DNA from: Octopus sinensis
Lineage: Eukaryota
Length of the DNA stretch: 64,000 nucleotides
Assembly (NCBI RefSeq): GCF_006345805.1
Contig: NC_042999.1
Location: forward strand, 98,952,001 to 99,016,000
Reading direction: 5' to 3'
The translations under genes were made by a program, and so were the position numbers. Each line of letters starts with the position of its first letter. Positions within the stretch are counted from its first letter, which is position 1. Below are positions 52,310 to 64,000 of the stretch, piece after piece. The notes under the pieces are model-generated. The model was given only the letters and a program-made list of their open reading frames with translations, was not told where the DNA came from and did not search any database.

Positions 52310-53860
52310 TCATCATCATCATTTAATGTCTGTTGTCCATGCTGGTATGGGTTGGATGGTTTGACCAAGGCTGCCAAGCTGAAAGGCTGCACCAGACTCT
52401 AGTCTGATTTGACATAGTTTCTATGGCTGGATGCCCTTCCTAAAACCAACCACTTAGAGAGTGTAATGGTCGCTTCTACGTGGCACAGGCACCATTTGCA
52501 TGGCATCAGTATCTGCCACAACTGATTTTAACTTGCACAATATGATGCCAAAGGTCTTGGTCATTCGTCATTTCCTCCATGAAGCCCAGCACTCAAAAGG
52601 AGCTTTTCACATGCCACTAGCATTGGCCACTTTGCCTTAGTGAGACCCAACACTTGGAAGGTGCTATCTACGTGTCACTGGCATAGGTGCCAGTTATGTG
52701 ACTCCAGCATCAGCTACAACTACGATTTCAATTGGTTTGACAGGTCTTCTCAAGAACAGCATATTACCAAAGGTCTCAACTATTAGTCAATGCCTCTGTG
52801 AGGCCTAAAGTTCAAAGATCATGCTTCACCACCTTGTCCCATGTCTTCCTGGGTCTATCTCTACCACAGGTTCCTTCCACAGTTTGAGATTGGTACTTCT
52901 TTATACAGCTGTCCTCATCCATATACATCACATGACCATACCAGTTCAGTTGTCTCTCTTGCACACCACATCTGATGCCTCTTATGCCTAACTTTTCTCT
53001 CAAGATGCTTACACTCTGTCGAACATACACACTAACATTGCACATCCAGTGAAATATACTGGCTTCATTTCTTTTAAGCATATGCATGTTCTCATCTGTC
53101 ACAGCCCATGTTTCACTACCATGTAGCATAGCTGTTCCCACACAGACTTTATACAATCTACCTTTCACTCTGAGGGAGAGGCACTTTCTTGCTAGCAGAG
53201 GTAGGAGCTCTCTGAACTTTACCCAGCCTATTCTTATTCTTACACCTATGCTCTCAGTGCATCCACATCTCCTACTAATTTGGTCACCTAGGTAATAGAA
53301 GCTATCTACTATATCTAGCTTAAACCCTGGCAGTTGATGGAGTCTGTTTTCTGTACATTTTTGATTTTATTGTACCTGTGCATCTTCCACACACAAGAGC
53401 TATTTTCCCTGTTAACCTTCCTCAGATATTGCTGCACCTCTTATGTGTCCATAGCTTACATCAGATACATATTATGGTGTTTCAATGTATGCCTTTTCTA
53501 CAAATCGAGCAGGGTCATCTACCTGAAAGAATTTGTGATTTGTCTGCCTTCCTACTTACTAAAACTTTGGTTTTTACCAGGTTAACTCTAAGGCCCTTCA
53601 CTTCTAGACCTTGCTTCCATACCTGAAACTTCTCTAGTTCTGGTAGTGATTCAGCTACAATAGCAAGATCATCAGCTTAGAGGAGCTCCGAGGGGCAGCC
53701 TGTCTTAAATTCCTCTATTATTGCCTGGAGGACTATGATGATCTTTGGTGAACCTCTACTTGTACCCTGAATTCTTCATTGTACTTGTTGCCAACCCTTA
53801 CCTTTCTGGTAGCATCCTTGTACATGGCTTGTACAGCTCTCACCAACCACTAGTCTATCC
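52310..53860 (-). mobile_element. RTE LINE 3' 1.5 kb (same family)
   Basis: GSETWAVT, EGTCGRDRPRKTW and an LLxADD-like segment; 3' UTR with (ATG)n tail at about 52310. Confidence 0.9.
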
Positions 53861-53964
53861 CTAGTTTTGATATATGTAAACATCATCATCATCCTTTAAT
53901 GTCTGTTGTCCATGCTGGCATTCACACATGCGCGCACACACACATACAAACACACACACACACA

Positions 53965-54014
<50 letters not shown>

Positions 54015-54461
54015 CATAATAATAATAATAATAATATATATGAAAGAAGAATGCAAGTGGGGTTCAAAACTCACAACAGCTGTTTCAATGGCATTTTATC
54101 GATGCATTCTCAAAATGGAGAAGAGTAAAAAGAACCCACAATAGATGCAGGCACATTGATCCCTCATTGCTTATTGACCAAAAAGGATCACAATTTTGAC
54201 AACTTATTGATGATATTGTCCAGTTTGGTAACATCAACAGCAAAACATTGCTGGAATACAAATGAGAGAACAGAACGAAATAAGTATAAAACAAAGATGG
54301 GTAAAAAGGATGAGTTATGAGAACAGAGAAATTTGTTATATTATACTATAAAGGCGGTAATGAAAGAAGTAAGCCTGTAATAAATAATACACATATTTGT
54401 AGATGTTGAAGGCTTCTGAGCTATAGAACAGAATTGTATATATTTATCCATCTGTCTATAT

Positions 54462-54503
<42 letters not shown>

Positions 54504-54531
54504 AAATGTGTGTAGTGGCTACTGATCTATC

Positions 54532-54590
<59 letters not shown>

Positions 54591-54591
54591 T

Positions 54592-55680
54592 GTTTCTTTA
54601 TAAACCACACAGGGCTGAATACAGAGGGGACAAAATACAAAGTAGACCTTTTCTTTTTGGGAGGGAAAAAAAGGTTGGATAGAATTTTGATCAAAAGGGA
54701 TCATGGAAAGAAGGGGAAAAAAAAAGAAGGAAGCCGATTAATTGGGATCTTGTATGACAAAAATGTAATAATGTAGAAGGGGAAACAGATTAGGTTTATC
54801 CATGGAAAGAAAAACCTACGGAAAAACCACGGTAACCTTGGGCAATAATGTCATGCAAAAAACACATTGCAGTAAATGACTCTCTTTTTTCTTTTCTTTT
54901 TCTGGTTTATAGGATTATGCTACATTCACCCATCTCTTATTGAAACATTCACTAGGCAAAACTTCCCTCTCTACTCTCACCTTCCTCTTCAAGTGATACT
55001 TGAAGAAGTTGATGTGAGATTCACCAGAGAGGAAAGTGTTTGTCTCTAGACCTTTCAGATGCGCCCCCCCCTCCCATACGCATTCTTTTGCCATAGCCAC
55101 AAGTATGATGAAAATGTCTCTTCCTTCCCATTTCAAGGTAGGAGGTGCGACAATATTCACAATAGACTTGGTTGATAAACTGACTCATCCCACATGCGAA
55201 AGCAGTCATTCAGCATAGGCCCACAAGTCAGAAATGGTTGGACACTGTTCGGGTGTGTGCAGAACGGTTTCATCGCTCTGACCGCATCTCGAGTAGGTTG
55301 GCCTTGTGCTTCTCAAGTCATGCTTGCAGCGCTCGTCTCAAATGGGTAGCGCTTCTCAATAGCACTGCCAGGCCAGGGATCTCTGGAAGTTGTCCTTAGG
55401 TCCTGGCCCGAAAGTCGTCTTGAACAAGCAGGTCAGGTATTCGTTGTCGTCACCCAGGTTCACCCCAAGATCACCGTCATACTTCCACTCCACTAGTCCC
55501 CTATAGAATGCTTTTGTTATGTTGCAGTCGCTCAAGGTTGACCCAGGTTGGCTTAGTTGCTCAAGAGCAAAGCGACACTCACGGTGCCATTTGCCCTTCC
55601 TCGGCCTCTTTTTGATCCACAACTGCAGTTCGGTCATGGAGACGAGGTGCAGGAAAGCTCACCTCACAAACAGCGACCAC
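54592..55680 (-). mobile_element. 5'-truncated L1/Tx1-clade LINE 3' end (zf-RVT/CCHC region + 3' UTR)
   Basis: Minus translation ...RSLAWQCY*EALPI...RCGQSDETVLHTPEQCPTISDLWAYAE...IFIILVAMAKECVW...KRWVNV, a CxxC-x8-H-x4-C-type knuckle typical of L1/Tx1 C-termini. Includes ORFs 55356-55637 and 54915-55160. Confidence 0.8.
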
Positions 55681-55839
55681 ACCAAAAGAAATATTTGATG
55701 TTTTAGGACTGCTACTACCTACTACATCCTATGAAGCCTTCACAAGAGTAAAAAAAAATGGAGTGACAGATAGCAAAAAAGAAAACATCCCTCATTTGAA
55801 AACTATGGAAATATTAAAAAAAAATAATTGAATTGTCCA

Positions 55840-56640
55840 GGTTCCATTTATCCATTTTGGCAAGGTTTCTGTGGTTAGATACCCTTCATTCATAATGCCA
55901 ACCACTTTAAGAGTGTAATGGGTGCTTTGACTGAGTACTGGTATAGGCGTATTTATGTGAAACCAGCATACATATATTTAGATGGCACTGACACAAACAC
56001 TTTTGTGTGATACTGGCATGGATGCCTTTATGTGGGACCAGTATGGGCACTTTATGTGGCACTGGCATGGTCACTTTTACACAGCACCAGCACCCATAAG
56101 CCTGCAAGACTAGGATTTTCAGCTGAGAAAGATAAGTGTAGATGACATGCCTGTATGTATGGACAGCCATGATTTTTCTTAGCTTAGCATGTCTTCTAAG
56201 GCACAGCAAACCATCAGCAATCTCACTGCATTGTAATCTCCTCAGTGAGACCCAGTATCTGAAAATTCTTTCTTAATTCTTCATTCCATGGCCTTTTGAG
56301 TCTACCCCTTCAACACATTCCCTCCTTAATTAGAGATCAGCACTTCTTGATGCAACCATCCTCAGCCATATGCATTACATGACCATACCAGTGCAGTCTT
56401 CTCTTGCACATGACATCTGATGTCTTGTATATTCAATTTTTCTCTCAAGTCACTTAGACTCTGTCACACGTGCACACTAACATTATCCATCCAGTGGAGC
56501 ATGCTGGCTTCATTTCTTTCAAGTCTTTACATGTTGTCAGTATTCACGGCACATATCTCACTGTCATGTAGCATAGCTGTTTGCACTCAGGCATCATTTA
56601 ATCTATGTTTCGCTCTGAGGGAGAGGCCCTTCCTTACTTA
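55840..56640 (-). mobile_element. RTE LINE 3' fragment (older)
   Basis: Homologous to the 37.4-38.2 kb region (cattacatgaccataccag, gctggcttcatttctt). Confidence 0.75.
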
Positions 56641-56651
56641 CATATCTGTCC

Positions 56652-56691
<40 letters not shown>

Positions 56692-56771
56692 ATAATAATG
56701 ACAATAATCCATGGATGGAATTTATAAATATTTTAATGCATCGCTTTGTGCATTTCTACAAATCACGTTTC

Positions 56772-57000
56772 TTATTACTTTATCGCCCACAAGGGGCTAA
56801 ACACAGAGGGGACAAACAAGGACAGACAAAAGGATTAAATCGATTACATCGACCCCAGTGCATAACTGGTACTTAATTTATCGACCCCGAAAGGATGAAA
56901 GGCAAAGTCGACCTCGGCAGAATTTGAACTCAGAACATAACAGCAGACGAAATACCGCTAACCATTTCACCCACCGTGATAACGTTTTGCTAGCTCGCCG
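56772..57000 (-). mobile_element. SINE family B, Tx1-like tail variant
   Basis: Same core and tail; imperfect TSD aatcac(at)gtttct. Confidence 0.9.
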
Positions 57001-58261
57001 CCAATCACATGTTTCTATGTTCATAGTCCATATTCCTGGGATGATTACAGCACAGTCTGTAGTATCCATGGACATTGGGTGGATCATATTCATGTGTTCA
57101 TTTCTCAGGTGATATGGCATTAATGTTGGAAGTAGTGGATGTATAACATATACATGATCATCATTTTAACATCAACTTTTCCTATTTGTATGGACCAGTA
57201 GGTTGCTTGAAGCAAATTTTCTATAACTGGAGGCTGTTCTTGTTGCCAATCTTCACCTATTTCCAAACAAGGTGATATTTTCCCTATGGCTGGACCTGTA
57301 TTTACAGAAGATTGGAAGTAAAGGACACTGCATGCATAATCGTGATTCTCATTTGCAAATATTGTTTGACATCATAACAAAATGGTGCATGTAGCCTCCC
57401 ACCACTCATACAAATATACATACATTCATCCATCGTACTGCCTATCTGTCTATCTACCTACTTACCTACCTGGCTGTTAGTCTATGACATGTCTTTTTGT
57501 ATATGATTCAAACCTAGACTCTAATGTCTTTATGAGGGACATAGGTAGTACTCAGTTGAGCAATACATTTTCTGTGTGTGTGTGTATCTTTAATCTTTTA
57601 CTTATTTCATTCATTAATCTTTGGCTCACTCCCTCCATCAGATCAACATTATCTGTACAGGTGCAACAGAGTGCCACATGTCAGATGATGAAATGATCGT
57701 GGAGCAACGTGAAATGAAGTGCTTTGCTCAAGAACACAATACCTGGCCTGGGAATCGAACTCATGATCTTGCAATCTTGAGTGCAACATCTTAACCACTG
57801 AGCCATGCGCCTTTACATGTATATATATGTGTGTGTGTGTATAGGTGCAGGTGTTACTGTGTGGTGAGATGTTTGCTTTCTATCCACGTGGTTCCAGGTT
57901 TAATTCTGTGTTCAATATATGCACATGCACACACAGCTTTCTTTCTCTTTCCGTCAACCAGATCCTCTTGCGAGGCTTTGGTCAAACTACTCCATAGTAG
58001 AACTGAGCCTTAATCACACAGCTATGGCTGCTCCTATATCCTACTTATATGTGTGTGTGTGCGTGTATGTGCATTGTTGTATGTCTGTTTGTTTACAATT
58101 GCAATCTGCGAACAGCAGTATTTTTGTTTCTTCTATCAAACAAATTGTCTGGTCACTTTGTAGCCAATCCTTATGCCTCACATAATATATTCATCCAACA
58201 CATGCAAGCTCAGTCAAACGGATATAAAATGAATGAATGGTATACATATGTACATGTGTAT

Positions 58262-58657
58262 ATTCTTTTATTCTTTTACTTGTTTCAGTCATTTGATTGT
58301 GGCCATGCTGGAGCACCACCTTTAGTCAAACAAATCGACCCCAGGACTTATTCTTTGTAAGCCTGGTATTTATGCTATTGTTCTCTTTTGCCAAACTGCT
58401 AAGTTACAGGAATGTAAACACACTAACATCAGTTGTCTAGTGATAGTGGGGAAGGGGACAAATACAGACACAAACACACACACACATATACACAATGGAC
58501 TTCTTTCAGTTTCCATCTACCAAATCCACTCACAAGGCTTTGGTCAGCCCCAGGCTATAGCAGAAGACACTTGCCCAAGGTACAATGCTGTGGGATTGAG
58601 CCTGGAACCATGTGGTTGGGAAGCAATCTTCTTACCACACAGCCGCTCCTGTGCCTA
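58262..58657 (-). mobile_element. SINE family A (partial copies also at about 31070-31212, 49745-49862, 57840-58010 and 58944-59105)
   Basis: Same sequence blocks. Confidence 0.88.
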
Positions 58658-58754
58658 TAATATATATATATCTAATGTAGGATAAAATTTTTTCGAAAAA
58701 AAATTTTATCAATGGCCAGCATATTAAAAAAATACCTTTAAAGGTTAAATTATA

Positions 58755-58918
58755 AACAACTTATAAATAAGGGCAAACGAAAAAATTTTTAATGCCAAAT
58801 ATGCCGAAAATTGGACACAGCGTCCAATTGGACATTATATGGTAAATGGACGGTGCGTCCAATTTTCGGCATATTTGGCATTAGAAATATTTTCGTTTGC
58901 CCTTATTTATAAGTTGTT
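58755..58918. mobile_element. Hairpin MITE
   Basis: About 63-bp inverted arms aacaacttataaataagggcaaacgaaa..gccgaaaattggac and its complement, with few mismatches. Confidence 0.85.
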
Positions 58919-59254
58919 CGTATATATATATATATATATATATGTTGGGCTTCTTTCAGTTTCTGTCTACCAAATCCACTCACAAGGCTTTGGTCAGCCT
59001 GAGGCTTTAGTAAAAGATGCATGCTCAAGGTGCTATGCAGTGGGACTGAACCTGGAGCCATGTGGTTGGGAAGCAAGCTTCTAATCACACAGCCATGCCT
59101 GCACCTAAATGTATGTACAAATATACACATGTATGAATGTGTGTTTGTATGTACACACACACACACACACATGTATAAATGTGTGTATGTGTGTATATAT
59201 ATATACATAGACATACATACCCTATTTTAATGTGTATAAGGAACCCTTTTTTTG

Positions 59255-60420
59255 CTGGACTCACAATTAATCTGGGGAAAACAAAAGTAATATTTTCTCC
59301 CGTGCCAGGACAAACATATTCTGAACCAAACATTTTTGTGAATGGAACAAGGTTTGAAGTGATTGACACCTTTGTTTACCTAGGAAGCACACTGTTCAGA
59401 GATGGTAGTCTTGATGCAGAGATATACTGTTTGAATAGGGAAGGAAAGGGAAGTATTACATTTGGAAAGCTCAGAAAGTGAGTATGAGCAGATAGAGGTA
59501 CTTCCCTACAGACAGAACTCAGTGTCTATAAAGCATGTGCATTGTCTGCACTTCTTTATTCAAGTGAGACATGGACCACTTACAAGTGTCATATAAAAAT
59601 GCTGGAGAGATTTCATCAAAAGTGCCTCAGATGTATCTTAAGAGTCAAATGGGAATGTTTCATACTAGATACAGAGGATTTACTCATGGCACGTTGCAGC
59701 TCAGTTGAACATGTTATCTTGGCTCAAATGAGATGGACTGGACATGTTATTTGTATGAAAGACAAGTGTTTGTCAAAGTGTCTTTGTTATGGTGAGCTCA
59801 ACTCTTGTAAGTGACCACAATACAAGCCGAGGAAAAGGCATAAAGACTGTGTAAAGAAACTAGATATGAACAAACATGATTGGGAAAATGATGTTCTAGA
59901 TCGGAACAAGTGGAGAGGTGTTATTAAGACTGGTTGCAATGCCTGAGACGAAAAGATGATTCAGCACTGTGAACTTAAAAGGGCCTGTTGCAAAGGAACA
60001 GTTGAAACTGTAATCAGCAGTGAACATTGGCTATGTATTATATACGACTGTGTTCTGTTGTCAAAAGCAGGATATGTGAATCACATGAAGTCACATAGAA
60101 ATCATAATGCCCAGGTAGGTAATGATCTTGGACACCAACCACCTCTTATGACTTGTGTCATATGTCAAAAAACTTATAAGACAATATCTGGACTTAAACG
60201 ACAGATGCTAGTTCGCAAAAACATTCCTTCAGAATCAGATTCTAAAGGACAAAAATATAGAAGAAACTTGTATAATACCTGTCACTTGTGTTTTAAACCC
60301 TGTTAGTCAGCAGCTGGTCACAAAAGTCATCTAAGAGCTCATCAATGGTGGGATTGTGCTGTGATGGGGTGTAGTGTGTGTGTGTGTGTGTTGATGGGAT
60401 GGCTATCATCTGTCATGAAG
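59255..60420 (+). mobile_element. RTE (BovB-like) LINE 3' half with C-terminal zinc-finger-like array
   Basis: INLGKTKV, FVYLGSTL, LLYSSETWT, FHQKCLRCIL, MRWTGHVICM, YGELN; the C-terminus has three CxxC...H repeats. Confidence 0.85.
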
Positions 60421-60437
60421 CAATCATCATCATATGT

Positions 60438-60490
<53 letters not shown>

Positions 60491-60496
60491 TACATA

Positions 60497-60680
60497 CTGT
60501 ATTTTAACATGTATAAGGAACCATTTTTTTGTCAAAAATTATGTTAAAAAATATGGGAGTTTCTAATGCATGGATAGTATTATAATCCCTTACAAAACCT
60601 TTTTTCCAAATTTTAAGCCCCTCCCCCCAAATTAGGGTGTTCCTTATACACAAGGGTTCCTTATACGTGTTAAAATACAG
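60497..60680. mobile_element. Tc1/mariner (pogo-like) MITE
   Basis: TA TSDs; about 26-bp TIR ctgtattttaacatgtataaggaacc / ggttccttatacgtgttaaaatacag. Confidence 0.85.
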
Positions 60681-60741
60681 TATATATGTATATGTGTATA
60701 TATATATAGATATATAGATATATAGATATATAGATATATAG

Positions 60742-60778
<37 letters not shown>

Positions 60779-62251
60779 ATATGTATACACTTTTATGCTG
60801 ATGCTTAAATATTTTGCAGAACAGATATGCTCATATATTGGAATTTTATGATGTTTGATAGAGATTCGTATCATAGCGAGAGAAATGACATCATTTTTAA
60901 AGTATTTCTTTTTGAGGAGGTTGAGATATTTTAGATTTCTTTTTTTTTTATATATATATATATTTGGCAGTTTTGAGTAGGCAGCAAAAGCTTGCCAGAT
61001 ATTCTCCTTAAATTCTTTAATGTTATAAGTTGTTGTTATTCTTTTTTATACCAAGATTAACCTGACTGGGCAGAACTATAATTTAAGGTCTTCCGGATAT
61101 AGTGTATATATCTTTAAATAATCTAACATGTTTAATTTTTTTCTTTTTTTTTTTTGCATTAGATTGTGTGCATTGTTTATTTTTATAGAGATTTAAGTTG
61201 ATATTTCTTACAGGTTGAACAACCATATAGGGTTTCTTTCTCTCATTGAATCTGCACTGCTTTAAGATTGACACATTAGTCTTATATTCTTAAGAATCTA
61301 AATAGCAAGAGAAAAGAATTCAGAATAAATATTTAAAGAAATATATTAAGTAAATTTCCCTTCAAAATTCTAGTGTTGATCACATCATCTTCATCCTCAT
61401 CATCATCATCACCAACATCATCGTCGTCATCGTTGTCGTCATGATTATCATCATTGCTGTCAACAACAACAACAGCAGCAACTACAACATCAGCATCATC
61501 ATCATCATTGTCTTACATATTTTTCTTTGCCAGCATGAGTTGGGTAGGTTTTTTGCTGTAGTGTTTTACAGAAATATGCCCTTCTTGCTGCTAAACCTGT
61601 TAGTCTCCTCTTATGGCATTCAGGGAAACAGTGCACCTATTCCAAACATAACAGGATATACAATGATAAGATTCAAGAACTATTAGTGCTGTTACTAGGC
61701 AAATTATTAATAATACATTTATTGCTACTTTGTTAAACACAATATTTCAAACAATTTAATCTTTGTTTGTCATCAAGTGATTTATAGAAATAGTGTTGGT
61801 AAAGTCATTGAAATATTACATAAAATACCTTGCAGTATTTGTGCTGGGTTTTGAAACTCTGAGTTCAAATCCTCCCATACCATCTTTTTTGTCATCACTG
61901 TGGTTAATAAATAAAATACCAATTAAGTGCTGGGGGTTAAGATTTCCTCTCTCTCTCTTCTTTCTCTCTTACTCACTCCCTCTTTCAGCTTTCAATCTCC
62001 CTTCCACATTTTTCTTTCCCCTCCCTCCTGCTCTCCTTCCTCCCATATCTCCCCTTCCTTCTTTTTCTCCTTCCTCCTTCTCACCCAATTCCTTCTCTCT
62101 CTCTCTCTCTCTTACGGACTCATTTACATCGTGAGGTCAAGAGCTTAAAAGGGCCAGTGCATAGTAGCACCAACTTAGAATCCAGTCTGAGTGTCAAGTT
62201 CAAACCAAAATTATTGCCACAAATAAACTTGAATACCACTTATTACTTTAA

Positions 62252-62471
62252 CCCTTTCATTACTGTATTTATTTTAAGATGCTCAGTGTTTCTTTCAATC
62301 ACTTTAAATATAACAAAAAATTTAGTAAAATAACTTAGTTATCATTCAGCTAGTATTAGGAACATAAATTGTGACTAAGGCTTGGTGGAAGATTTTAATT
62401 CAAAACTTATGAAAACAAGACATTTGTACTCAGAGCCAGAGCCGGTTTCAGCCAGGTTGGTAATGAAAGGG
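62252..62471. mobile_element. piggyBac-like MITE
   Basis: TTAA TSD at 62248-62251 and 62472-62475; perfect 12-bp TIR CCCTTTCATTAC/GTAATGAAAGGG. Confidence 0.92.
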
Positions 62472-62866
62472 TTAAGAATGTTGTCCTTTCTATACTATAA
62501 TCCAATTTTCCATTAGTTAAATTGGCTTATGTTTCTGGTATTGGTTTGTTGTTGCTGTTCAGCTCCAGATTCACTCTGGTTGAACAAACTGTGACCAACA
62601 CAATGCATTCTTTTTGTAACTAAAACTACAATATCTTCTTTTTCTTCATGAAGATGGTAAGGTGTGATTTGAAGAAATTTGGTTGCTATTTCTAGTTCTT
62701 TGAGCAACTGTGAAGTAGTTCCTTTGTTGTCTCTAACTGTGGTATAGTGTATTAAGAGTATTGAAAACTATGTGCGATAAGAGTTTATGAGTTCAATCCT
62801 AACTGGGTCACATGTACATATACACATATATCATTTAATGGCAAATTCAAAACCTGTTTTAGACTC

Positions 62867-62911
<45 letters not shown>

Positions 62912-64000
62912 TGCTCTCTTTCTCTGTTTGTATATTATTTAAGTTAATTTTTGGAAGTTCAAGACATTTAAAATGTATTTTAAAAGTATTATAGAAGTTT
63001 CTAAATTTTACCAGAGCAAATTATGAATTTGTAATTATGTGCTGTTGTTTGTTATTTATTCATTAAATACTGGGTTAAGTGTTTGTTAGAAATTAAATGT
63101 TTTTCTTCTGTTATGTAAATGTTTTATATTAAATCAGTATGATTACACTATTGATCTCCTGGGACAAAGAACATTTGATTGATTTCTAAACCATTATTAA
63201 TATTCAAAACGTTTTGTGTATTTAATTTCTTATTGCATCTCTACCAAGGAAGGTGGTGCTGGTGATGGTAGTAGGAGTAATATTTCAAGATCTTAAATTT
63301 ATTACTTGCTATAAAAGGAAAGAATATCTGTTCAATATGACATATGGAAGTCAATTGTTTGCTGTTTCTGAAATTGTAATAATTAATATATATATATATA
63401 TATACAAAAAGCAATAAAGATTCAAGTTAATTTAAATGAATTTACTTGAATAAGGTACCTAACTTAGATGCACCAAAAAGAACTATACTGTTTTAACAAT
63501 ACAGTAATGTGGGGTGATTATAAGCGAGAAAGAAGCAACAAGAATGGATAGGTTTTTAGTACAATCGTTTCATACAAGGACAGGCTTTATTAAAAGTTGT
63601 AAAAATTACAGCATATAAACGTGTCCCGTACTCATCAGCTAAAATACATGTGAGTTCTCTAGACATCCTAGTGGTTGAGGCTATACTCATGAAGTAATGT
63701 AGATAATTAAGTAACATAAACAGATTTCCAAAGTTCATTAAAGTTCTTTAAAGATGATGTACAGTCTTATCACAGAATTTTAAAAAAGTTCTAATAGCGT
63801 CACAGAGAAGGTGACCTAATCCATAGAGCACATATGAATTTCCAGAGATATGATGAGGGATTACATACTCACAGAAGACAAATTTATCCATTGTTAATCA
63901 CAACGAGGTGGGTCTCAATTCCTGCTTATTAGCATTACAGAGAGGGTGAATTAATCCTTTGTATAGTACTTATACGCTGCTTAATTGAGGCCTTACCTAA

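Noticed and set aside
55356-55637. GC-rich 93-aa ORF as a host gene
   Set aside because: It continues through stops into a zf-RVT-like motif and a LINE 3' UTR, so it is an L1/Tx1 relic.
63620-63645. Minus-strand CTGATGAGT
   Set aside because: There is no stem II followed by GAAA; a chance heptamer.
262-63738. Numerous 60-180 aa ORFs rich in YI, CV, HT, MYVC or poly-I/D
   Set aside because: These are translations of (TA)n, (TG)n, (CATA)n and (AAT)n microsatellites, SINE bodies, or the antisense of LINE ORFs. None has a protein-like composition.

Overview
This is AT-rich, microsatellite-dense metazoan genomic DNA. The repeat families (tRNA-derived SINEs with central (TA)n(TG)n, RTE LINEs with (ATG)n tails) look like octopus/coleoid cephalopod DNA; that assignment is an inference. 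I found one host exon: a 51-nt AG/GT-bounded exon at 46989-47039 (+) encoding GQDLISWMMRNLDVDDQ, a DEP-domain segment of an R7-family RGS gene (egl-10/RGS6/7-like). No neighbouring exon was found, so most of the window is probably very large introns. The rest is a mosaic of: a nearly full-length but disabled RTE LINE (37.3-41.4 kb, -); other RTE, R4/Dong-like, L1/Tx1-like and Ty3/Gypsy relics; three SINE families; and mariner, pogo-like, piggyBac-like and hairpin MITEs. The most notable items are: (i) minimal type-I hammerhead ribozyme motifs, one with an intact core in sense orientation about 850 nt upstream of the exon, and an inverted pair attached to a tRNA-like head; (ii) two U6 snRNA retrocopies, each joined directly and co-directionally to the same SINE family; (iii) a SINE subfamily whose 3' tail matches the 3' end of an L1/Tx1 LINE in the same window; (iv) several near-perfect long inverted repeats. 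Most ORFs in the supplied track are microsatellite or antisense-TE artefacts. Most repeat boundaries are approximate.
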